A DNA stretch of 50,637 nt from a virus, in the IMG/VR virus record IMGVR_UViG_3300027800_000005. One strand, 5' to 3'. The notes below the pieces were generated by a model, which saw only the letters and a list, made by a program, of their open reading frames with translations, had not been told where the DNA came from and made no database searches. The position numbers and the translations under genes are program-made. Every line of letters starts with the position of its first letter. Position 1 is the first letter of the stretch. Positions 43,087 through 50,510 of the stretch are shown piece after piece.

Positions 43087-43620
43087 ATGTTTACAAGATT
43101 TATCAGAAACAACAAGATGTTGGTTTTTATTTCTTTACTTTTATTGACTTATTTATTTTTGCAGGCTACCCGCGTACCTGATGGTTTTTGGTCCAGGCGA
43201 TATAATACAACTAATACGGTGGAACTGGTTAAACTGGTAGACATCTATGAATATCACCATAATACAACTGGGCAAGTTCTCCCTATAATGATTAAACCAG
43301 AACAAAAACTTGTTGGAGTGTTTGAGGTTACTGCATACTGTCCTTGTGCCGAGTGTTGCGAAAAGTGGAGTTTTGAAAATCACGGTGATGGTTATATTCA
43401 GAAAACAGCATTTGGCACTACACTCACTGCAAACCATACGGTAGCTGCAGACTGGACTGTGTTTAAACCAGGCAAAACAATTATAATCAACGATATTGAG
43501 TACGTTGTAGAAGATAAGGGCGGTGGCATAAAAGGCAATCGCATTGACATATTTTTTAATACCCACCAAGAGGCTAATGATTTTGGTCGGCAACAGTTAG
43601 AGGTATATGTTTTAGATTAA
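43087..43620 (+). CDS. Membrane-anchored 3D-domain (MltA/RlpA-like double-psi beta-barrel) protein.
   Basis: N-terminal TM segment. VTAYCPCAECC, TAFGTTL, VAAD, VVEDKGGGIKGNRIDIFF give the three conserved Asp pattern. Confidence 0.7.
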   Translation: MFTRFIRNNKMLVFISLLLLTYLFLQATRVPDGFWSRRYNTTNTVELVKLVDIYEYHHNTTGQVLPIMIKPEQKLVGVFEVTAYCPCAECCEKWSFENHGDGYIQKTAFGTTLTANHTVAADWTVFKPGKTIIINDIEYVVEDKGGGIKGNRIDIFFNTHQEANDFGRQQLEVYVLD

Positions 43621-43640
43621 AAGAAAGCGAGGGATGTTCT

Positions 43641-45053
43641 ATGGCTACACGTTCTATGGCTAAAGCGAGAATAAACCTCGTACCATTATCGCATAAACAG
43701 AAAATGCTAACTACATGGTGGGTTAAAGGAATATCACCGTTTGCAGATAAAGACGTTATTATAGTTGACGGTGCTGTTCGTAGTGGCAAAACAATGATTG
43801 GCAGTATGTCCTACGTTATGTGGTTCATGTATAACTTCGACCATTCCAACTTTGGTTTAGCTGGAAAATCTATTGATTCATTAAGGCGTAACCTATGGGT
43901 GCCTATACAGCAGTGGTTTGCTGACGTTGGTATTAAAGTGGTGCGGTTGCGTGAAACAGGGAACGGGTACGTATTACGTTATTCTTATGTCGATAATGGT
44001 ATTAAGGTAGATAAAGAGAACTATATATACCTATTTGGCGGCAAGGACGAGGGTAGTGCTGCTTTTCTCCAGGGCCTGACTGCCGCTGGATTTTTTTTCG
44101 ATGAGTGTGCATTAATGCCTGAAAGCTTTGTAAACCAAGGTATTGCAAGATGCTCCGATGAGGGTGCTAAGATATGGTTTAATTGTAACCCAGAAGGTCC
44201 CTACCATTGGTTTAAGACTAAATGGGTAGATAGGTTAAACGATAGGAATGCATTAAGGCTACATTTTAATATGGATGACAACCCGAGCTTAAGCGAAAAG
44301 ACATTAACCAGATACAAGAACTCGTGGGAGGGAGTGTTCTATCAAAGGTTCGTGTTGGGTGAGTGGGTTATTGCTGAGGGTAGCATTTACCTTCAATTTG
44401 CTAATAACTCAAGTGAGTACATAGTGGATGACGTACAAGGGTGGCTTAGGAAAACAGGCAAGAGATTCTGTGCTATATATATTGGTGTTGACTGGGGACA
44501 TAATAAGTCTGCTAACACTGCAGTGGCTATTGGCATAACTGATAGGTATGAAGATGTAGTGATTATAGATGAATGGTACACAAAGGAACCACTCGACCCT
44601 GAGCAACTATACGTTAAACATATGGCGTTTATATCGAACATTGTGGATGAGTATGGTTATGCAATGGTATTTGCTGATTGTGCAGAAATGATGATGGTTA
44701 GGGGATTGAAGAATAGCGTAGGCACTGCTAAAATAAAAGCATCAGTTAAACCATGCATAAAGTATGAGATTATAGACCGAATAATCCTTGAAAATACACT
44801 ATTCGCACAGCATAGAATAAAGATTGCTTCTCGTTGTAAACATGTTATAGACGGCTTTAAGTCAGCATTATGGGATGAAAAATTAAAGAAGGACGTAAGG
44901 TTGGACGATGGCACGAGCAACATTGATAGCCTTGATGCAACAGAGTACTCATTGTGTAGTACTATGAAACAGATTGATACAGCGGGCTATTTTACCAGAA
45001 TGGGTGACGATGGTACAAACAAATGGGGTGTAGACGTAGATTCAGAGAATTAA
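43641..45053 (+). CDS. terL: Terminase large subunit (PBSX / Terminase_3-like).
   Basis: Walker A DGAVRSGKT, Walker B FFFDEC. The C-terminal nuclease half contains DWG and DSLDA. Confidence 0.9.
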   Translation: MATRSMAKARINLVPLSHKQKMLTTWWVKGISPFADKDVIIVDGAVRSGKTMIGSMSYVMWFMYNFDHSNFGLAGKSIDSLRRNLWVPIQQWFADVGIKVVRLRETGNGYVLRYSYVDNGIKVDKENYIYLFGGKDEGSAAFLQGLTAAGFFFDECALMPESFVNQGIARCSDEGAKIWFNCNPEGPYHWFKTKWVDRLNDRNALRLHFNMDDNPSLSEKTLTRYKNSWEGVFYQRFVLGEWVIAEGSIYLQFANNSSEYIVDDVQGWLRKTGKRFCAIYIGVDWGHNKSANTAVAIGITDRYEDVVIIDEWYTKEPLDPEQLYVKHMAFISNIVDEYGYAMVFADCAEMMMVRGLKNSVGTAKIKASVKPCIKYEIIDRIILENTLFAQHRIKIASRCKHVIDGFKSALWDEKLKKDVRLDDGTSNIDSLDATEYSLCSTMKQIDTAGYFTRMGDDGTNKWGVDVDSEN

Positions 45054-45066
45054 AGGAGCGAGGCAG

Positions 45067-45537
45067 ATGAAAGAAAAACGGGTAGACAAGACCAACTATT
45101 ATCTTGACATCGCAGAGACTGTTTCAGAAAGGAGCACGTGCATAAGGCGAAAGTATGGTGCGATAATTGTCAAAGATGATTCTATTGTGTCGACTGGTTA
45201 CAATGGGAGTCCGAGAGGGAGTACCAACTGTACAGACATTGGCTCATGCGTTAGGCAAGAGCTAAACATCCCATCTGGTGAGAGATACGAATTGTGTAGG
45301 AGTGTTCATGCGGAGGCAAACGCTATCATAAACGCAAGTAGAGAACGCATGATTGGGAGCACACTATATTTGGTGTGTAGGCAAGGTGATATGTTAGGCA
45401 AGGCCGAATGTTGCATGATGTGTAAAAGAATGATTGTCAACAGCGGCATTACAAAAATAGTGATTCGGGTTACCGCCAACCAGTTTGAGATTCTTAATGT
45501 AGAGGATATCGTTAGGGGAGGCATACGTTATGAGTGA
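45067..45537 (+). CDS. dCMP deaminase.
   Basis: YNGSPRG, HAEANAI and CMMC give the zinc-binding H-A-E ... C-x2-C cytidine/deoxycytidylate deaminase motifs. Confidence 0.85.
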   Translation: MKEKRVDKTNYYLDIAETVSERSTCIRRKYGAIIVKDDSIVSTGYNGSPRGSTNCTDIGSCVRQELNIPSGERYELCRSVHAEANAIINASRERMIGSTLYLVCRQGDMLGKAECCMMCKRMIVNSGITKIVIRVTANQFEILNVEDIVRGGIRYE

Positions 45538-45736
45538 TAAGATTCAAGAGATTTGTGAGCGTGCAGAGTCATTCAGGGACAAACCTACGTGTGGGGTGAA
45601 AGCCTCAAGATACGTTTCAGATATAGACTATTTAGTCGATGAGATTTTAAGATTGGACAATGAGCTGAGAAAAGCTCATATAGCAGAAAAGGTGAGTGAT
45701 TTTAATGCCGAGAGGGAGAGCAGCAAACCCGCATAA
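45530..45736 (+). CDS. Hypothetical protein (68 aa).
   Basis: Overlaps the deaminase stop. No motif recognised. Confidence 0.45.
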   Translation: MSDKIQEICERAESFRDKPTCGVKASRYVSDIDYLVDEILRLDNELRKAHIAEKVSDFNAERESSKPA

Positions 45737-46013
45737 TTATACCCTTGAGCAGATGTATGAGTGGGCAGACTATCTTGTAGAGAATGACACGACATTATCC
45801 GGGCTCGAGGAAAAGTTTGGTATATGTCGTAAAAGTATATGGCACTTCTGGAAGAGGTACCTTGAATGGAATGACCCAGAGAGATACGAAGCCGTGCGTA
45901 AAGTACTCGAAAAGAATAGAAGACGTACCGGCTACAAGAGCCCTAACCCAACAATTAAGAATGGACCGAGATTTCCTAATAAGGCAGCAAAGAAAAATGC
46001 CAACGGCATTTGA
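45705..46013 (+). CDS. HTH DNA-binding protein (possible late regulator).
   Basis: LSGLEEKFGICRKSIWHFWKRY is helix-turn-helix-like, followed by a basic C-terminus. The 3' end overlaps promoter P8. Confidence 0.5.
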   Translation: MPRGRAANPHNYTLEQMYEWADYLVENDTTLSGLEEKFGICRKSIWHFWKRYLEWNDPERYEAVRKVLEKNRRRTGYKSPNPTIKNGPRFPNKAAKKNANGI

Positions 46014-46038
46014 CATGTGTAGTTCATTATGATACAAT
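46010..46038 (+). promoter_or_regulatory. Consensus promoter P8, in front of the portal gene.
   Basis: TTGACA 46010-15, 17-bp spacer, TG 46030-31, TACAAT 46033-38. Confidence 0.75.
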
Positions 46039-46080
46039 GATAGTAGAGCGATATAGATTGCTCATGAGGAGGTGCGATAA

Positions 46081-47481
46081 ATGGATAAAGGTTTAGCAAA
46101 ATTTCTTGCTGACAAGGGTTATACAGTGAACGATTCTATGTCGCAATATATTGCCTTATGGAAGGCATGGTACAAAGGTAAGGTTGGTGGTTTTCATAAC
46201 TACACCGTATTCAATGGTATTACCGATGTTCCAGTGACAAGAACTTCAATGCAGCTTGGCAAAGGTATATGCGAAGATTTAGCGAACCTTTTGTTCAATG
46301 AAAAGTGTATGGTAGCGGTTGACGATAAGGCTACAGATGATTATGTCAAAAACATTTTTGATGATAATAATGTATACGTTAAGCTCAATGAGAGCCAGGA
46401 GCATAAGGCAGCGTTTGGTACGGTAGCATATATTCCTTACTGGACGGATAAAGGTATTAAGATGAACTACATCACTGCTGAAAACATGATTCCGTTATCG
46501 TGGGATAATGGTGTTGTTACAGAGCTGTGTGTGTTTTCACCCACCATTGAGGATGGTAAAGAATATGTATTTGTGCAATTGTTTGAATTGGCAGAGAATG
46601 GTAACTACCTGATAGAGAACTTCTTGCTCAAGAGTGATAAGAATGGTAAAACTTATGGTGAGGTTGACTTTTCTAACATGCCAAACTATGAGAATGTCGA
46701 GAAAAAGGTAGACACAAAATCTACAGTAAAACCTTTTGTTGTCGATAGATTAAACATAGCCAATAACGTTGATATTGATAGCCCTATGGGTGTGGCTGTG
46801 TTTGCTAATGCATTAGACACCATGAAATTCATTGATACGGTATACGACAGTTATCGCAATGAGTTCGTGATGGGCAAGAAGAGAATTATGGTTGCTCCAG
46901 AGGCAATGAACATGAGGACTGGACAACCTGTTTTTGACCCTAACGATTTGATTTATTATCAATTACCAGAGAACATATCGAAAGATGGTCAGCCGTTTAT
47001 CAAAGAGATGGAAATGTCAATTAGGGCCAATGAACATCGCAGTGCATTACAAGATGGCCTTAATACGTTTAGCACGCAGTGTGGTTTGGGCAAGAATTAT
47101 TATAAATATACAGATGGTGGTCCTGCAACTGCCACTCAGGTTGTTAGTGAAAACAGTACGATGTTCAGAACATTGAAAAAGCACGAGATAATCCTTGAGT
47201 CGGTTATTGTGGACCTTATTACATTGTTGATTGATATAGGTATAAGGCATGGAGAAACGTCTCTTGTCAAAGAACCAGAGATAACTGTTACGTTTGATGA
47301 TTCTATCATCGAGGACAAGGAAAAGGAAATATCCAGGAAGATGGCAGAGGTGTCTGCTGGGTTATTGAGACCAGAGATTTACCTTGCGTGGCGGTATGGC
47401 ATAACAGAAAAGGAGGCACTGAAAATGATGCCAAAGGCTCCTACTGAAGAAAAAAATAAAAAGGAAGAGGGTATTGAGTGA
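46081..47481 (+). CDS. Portal protein (SPP1 gp6-like).
   Basis: 466 aa. Position is after terL. N-terminal ...YIALWKAWYKG....FH.Y is typical of Gp6-type portals. Confidence 0.85.
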   Translation: MDKGLAKFLADKGYTVNDSMSQYIALWKAWYKGKVGGFHNYTVFNGITDVPVTRTSMQLGKGICEDLANLLFNEKCMVAVDDKATDDYVKNIFDDNNVYVKLNESQEHKAAFGTVAYIPYWTDKGIKMNYITAENMIPLSWDNGVVTELCVFSPTIEDGKEYVFVQLFELAENGNYLIENFLLKSDKNGKTYGEVDFSNMPNYENVEKKVDTKSTVKPFVVDRLNIANNVDIDSPMGVAVFANALDTMKFIDTVYDSYRNEFVMGKKRIMVAPEAMNMRTGQPVFDPNDLIYYQLPENISKDGQPFIKEMEMSIRANEHRSALQDGLNTFSTQCGLGKNYYKYTDGGPATATQVVSENSTMFRTLKKHEIILESVIVDLITLLIDIGIRHGETSLVKEPEITVTFDDSIIEDKEKEISRKMAEVSAGLLRPEIYLAWRYGITEKEALKMMPKAPTEEKNKKEEGIE

Positions 47482-47969
47482 TGGCAGAACTAGAAGGTCG
47501 TTGGGTTACTATGAACGGTGCAAAGGTATTCATTAGTGCTCGGGGCGACGTTATCATGGGCTTAGGTGAGAACAACGTTATTGCACAAAATGCAGCATTT
47601 TCTTATAGTGACGATATGCAGTCGATTCATTCAAATGCAAAAGACGAGTTAACAAATAATGGTATAAATTTTAAGGAAAACTTCTATAAAAATGAAACAG
47701 CATTTATAATGTCGGACGGACATATTACTATTACAGATATGAAAGGTTTTTATTTGCTTAAAGGCGAGAAGACAACCGTTGTAAGAAGCGTGAGCCTTGC
47801 AGACCCAAAAGCTAAAGGTGGTGTAACTAATGCTCATAGAGATGTTAATAAAAAAATAAAGCTTTCTAAGGAATGTGGTACTGTTGCAGAAGTTAACAAA
47901 AGCATCTCTTCTTTTGTTACAAAAATTGTAGAAGAGAATAAAAATGAATGTAAATTTTGGAGGCGTTGA
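47481..47969 (+). CDS. Leader-family paralog C (unknown C-terminal domain).
   Basis: MAELEGRWVTMNGAKVFISARGDVIMGLG. The ATG shares one base with the portal stop (TGATG). Confidence 0.75.
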   Translation: MAELEGRWVTMNGAKVFISARGDVIMGLGENNVIAQNAAFSYSDDMQSIHSNAKDELTNNGINFKENFYKNETAFIMSDGHITITDMKGFYLLKGEKTTVVRSVSLADPKAKGGVTNAHRDVNKKIKLSKECGTVAEVNKSISSFVTKIVEENKNECKFWRR

Positions 47970-48000
47970 CTAGAGTTGTAGAACTGGATTATAATATTAG

Positions 48001-48029
48001 TTGACAAAGCAAACTAAGTGTGATATAAT
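48001..48029 (+). promoter_or_regulatory. Consensus promoter P9.
   Basis: TTGACA 48001-06, 17-bp spacer, TG 48021-22, TATAAT 48024-29. Confidence 0.8.
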
Positions 48030-48053
48030 ATTGATATGAAAGAAGGGTGCTTT

Positions 48054-48518
48054 ATGGCAGAACTTGAAGGTAAATGGGTAACTATTAATGGGGCACATGT
48101 ATTCGTGAGTAGTAGAGGCGATGTTGTGATGGGATTGGGCGCTCCTTTGTCCCAGGGTGCAAGGCATTATATGGACTCTCTTGTAGAGAAAAATGCAAAG
48201 ATTACAGAAGAAAAAACAGGAGATAAAAAAGCTGCATTGGCTAAAAAGAGATACATGAGAGAAATGCTAGACTCTCTTGAAGAAAAATATAATGAACTAA
48301 TGGCAAAAGCTGATAAAAATGGGCAAAGCGAATATGAGGGTTTTACAGATAATATAGAAAATAATTTGATTAAAGAAAACAGACAATTGCTTTTTAATAC
48401 CCAAAAGTTTAAAGATACTATGGGTAACGAATGGGATTCAGAGTATCATGATACATATGTCGACTATGAGCGGGCATTAAGGGAGAAAATGGCAAAGAAA
48501 TATGGTAGAAAGTTATAA
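48054..48518 (+). CDS. Leader-family paralog D (helical, charged C-terminal domain).
   Basis: MAELEGKWVTINGAHVFVSSRGDVVMGLG from the ATG at 48054 (the track start at 48036 is upstream of the RBS). Confidence 0.75.
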   Translation: MAELEGKWVTINGAHVFVSSRGDVVMGLGAPLSQGARHYMDSLVEKNAKITEEKTGDKKAALAKKRYMREMLDSLEEKYNELMAKADKNGQSEYEGFTDNIENNLIKENRQLLFNTQKFKDTMGNEWDSEYHDTYVDYERALREKMAKKYGRKL

Positions 48519-48527
48519 AAACATTAG

Positions 48528-48556
48528 TTGACAAAGTAGACTAAGTGTGATATAAT
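48528..48556 (+). promoter_or_regulatory. Consensus promoter P10, a near-duplicate of P9.
   Basis: TTGACA 48528-33, 17-bp spacer, TG 48548-49, TATAAT 48551-56. Confidence 0.8.
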
Positions 48557-48580
48557 AGTGATATGAGAGGAGGGTGCTTT

Positions 48581-49336
48581 GTGGCTGAACTTGACGGCAG
48601 GTGGGTAACAATGAACGGAGCAAAGGTTTTTATCTCGTCGAAAGGTGACGTAATAAAGGGTTTAGGTAGGAGCTACCACCTCAAAACTCTCAATGATGAG
48701 CAGATTGTAGATTTGCTAGAGAAACACTTGGATGACTACAAAAATGAGTTCGACCCAAGGTTTGTAAAACGAGGTGCTGGTTGCATCGCTATAATAGGTG
48801 ATGAATTAGGTGCCGGCCAATTACCAGAACTCATTACAGAGGATGAACTCGCAGAAGAGGTTGCTAACGGCGGAAAAGAATTATGGAGAGGGTTTGGCCA
48901 AGGCGGAGAAAAGAACGCAGAACAGTTTAAGACAGGAGAACTTTATGTTGGTAAAGGTTTGTACGGATGTGGAACATATACTACTCCTGATAAAGGCGTT
49001 GCAGAAATGTATTCAGGTAACAAACCCGACCCAAAGAGTATGGCACACATGGTGCTTAAGTCAGATGCAAGAATTGTAGAGTATGACGATATGCTTGGAG
49101 ATTACGAAAAAGGTATCACAAGAAATAACTTAATTGCAATTAAAAATGCAAGATATCCGGGTGTAGAAAGGTTTGTCACAGACGATTTGAAACATTTTAT
49201 ACACACTTTTACATTTGACGTTGGAGGAATTGGTTTACTTCAAGGCTATGATGCCATTAGGGTGAAAGATAATAAAACTTCGGCTGGAGACTATTACGTA
49301 ATTCTAAACAGAGGCGCATTAAAGGTGGTGAGATAA
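48581..49336 (+). CDS. Leader-family paralog B (same C-terminal domain as 12-740).
   Basis: The GTG start at 48581 follows gagaggaggg. (M)AELDGRWVTMNGAKVFISSKGDVIKGLG. C-terminal blocks are shared with paralog A. Confidence 0.75.
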   Translation: MAELDGRWVTMNGAKVFISSKGDVIKGLGRSYHLKTLNDEQIVDLLEKHLDDYKNEFDPRFVKRGAGCIAIIGDELGAGQLPELITEDELAEEVANGGKELWRGFGQGGEKNAEQFKTGELYVGKGLYGCGTYTTPDKGVAEMYSGNKPDPKSMAHMVLKSDARIVEYDDMLGDYEKGITRNNLIAIKNARYPGVERFVTDDLKHFIHTFTFDVGGIGLLQGYDAIRVKDNKTSAGDYYVILNRGALKVVR

Positions 49337-49560
49337 TGACTAAAGCTATGACACCGGAGTACAGCAGATTCGCTGGAAAACTCTTATATGCTACAAGATT
49401 GTTGATTTCGCGAGGAGTGAGTGAGAAACAGCATGACGAACTGACTAAACTCATTTTTAAGAATACGACAATATCAGGTTTGCATCAGGGAGTAAAAGAT
49501 TTGTTTTCTGTCGTACCGCCACAGATTGAGCAGTTGTTCAAGGACAAGGTCAATGGCTAA
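49336..49560 (+). CDS. Small hypothetical protein (74 aa) between leader-family genes.
   Basis: The ATG overlaps the upstream TAA (ATAATG). Confidence 0.5.
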   Translation: MTKAMTPEYSRFAGKLLYATRLLISRGVSEKQHDELTKLIFKNTTISGLHQGVKDLFSVVPPQIEQLFKDKVNG

Positions 49561-49816
49561 ACAGTGTCCGATAACTGATGGTTTTGCACTATACCTTGAT
49601 TGCCTTGAATGTGATGAGAGAAAACATTGTGCAGAACTTAGTTTAAGAAAGGAGCAGATAATGATGTTGAAGAATAAAAAGTCCCGTTTAGTAGAAGATG
49701 GTAAAGGTTTACAGATTGATAATAGTAAAGCGACAGGCAAATCTGTAAAGGAACTCATCGACGAGATGGAGTTATCAAGACTCAAAGAAAAAGGTAAGAA
49801 AACCAAACTACTGTAA
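49553..49816 (+). CDS. Small Cys-containing hypothetical protein (87 aa).
   Basis: ATG at 49553 (MAKQCPITDGFALYLDCLECDERKHC...). Lys-rich C-terminus. Confidence 0.45.
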   Translation: MAKQCPITDGFALYLDCLECDERKHCAELSLRKEQIMMLKNKKSRLVEDGKGLQIDNSKATGKSVKELIDEMELSRLKEKGKKTKLL

Positions 49817-49828
49817 GGGGTGTTTATT

Positions 49829-50506
49829 ATGGCTGATTCAGGAGCTCAAGATGGGAAATGGGTAACCATAAAGGGACACAAAGTTTTCCTTGAAGAAGGC
49901 AAAGAGGCAGATTCGTTAGATGATTGGTTTGCCGCTAAGGCCATACTAACACAGCTAAGAAAAGACAATGGCTATATGGAAGAACTTGAACAAGCAGAAC
50001 TTGATGCTAAAGACCATTTTTCTTCAGCAGTGGATTTATTGGACGCCGAATATAAGGTAGGGTTGCACTACGTACATAGTGGCGAATCGTTTGGACTAAA
50101 CAGTGCGTTGAGAAATGATACGTATTTGCAGAGCGGCACTATGAGTAAACAAGTGAAAGCACTTGATAGAGTTATGAGACCACTACCATACGATGTTGAA
50201 CTTTTTCGGGCAGTAGATGCAGACTTAGGTTGGTTTTCTCAAGTACGTGTAGGTTCAGAAATTACAGATAAAGCATTTATGAGTACTAGCGTTTTTGAAG
50301 ATGCTAATGTTTTTAAGAAACAAAGAGACGTATACATGCATATTAAAGTACCGAAAGGGCATAAAGCGTATGTTACAAACAATTACGCCGAGGGAGAGGT
50401 GGTTTTGTCGAGGGGTACTAAATACAAAGTAAATAGTATTACAGGAGACAATGCTACTTACGATAAATACAAAATAATACTTGATTGCGAAGTAATAGAT
50501 GATTAG
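49829..50506 (+). CDS. Leader-family paralog E: R-S-EXE ADP-ribosyltransferase (C3/VIP2/Alt-like).
   Basis: Diverged leader DGKWVTIKGHKVFL. NAD-fold motifs YVHSGESFGLNSALR, ELFRAV (Arg codon 50207-09), FMSTS (50282-90), AEGEVVLSRGTKYKV (E-G-E 50390-98). Confidence 0.8.
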   Translation: MADSGAQDGKWVTIKGHKVFLEEGKEADSLDDWFAAKAILTQLRKDNGYMEELEQAELDAKDHFSSAVDLLDAEYKVGLHYVHSGESFGLNSALRNDTYLQSGTMSKQVKALDRVMRPLPYDVELFRAVDADLGWFSQVRVGSEITDKAFMSTSVFEDANVFKKQRDVYMHIKVPKGHKAYVTNNYAEGEVVLSRGTKYKVNSITGDNATYDKYKIILDCEVIDD

Positions 50507-50510
50507 GGAG

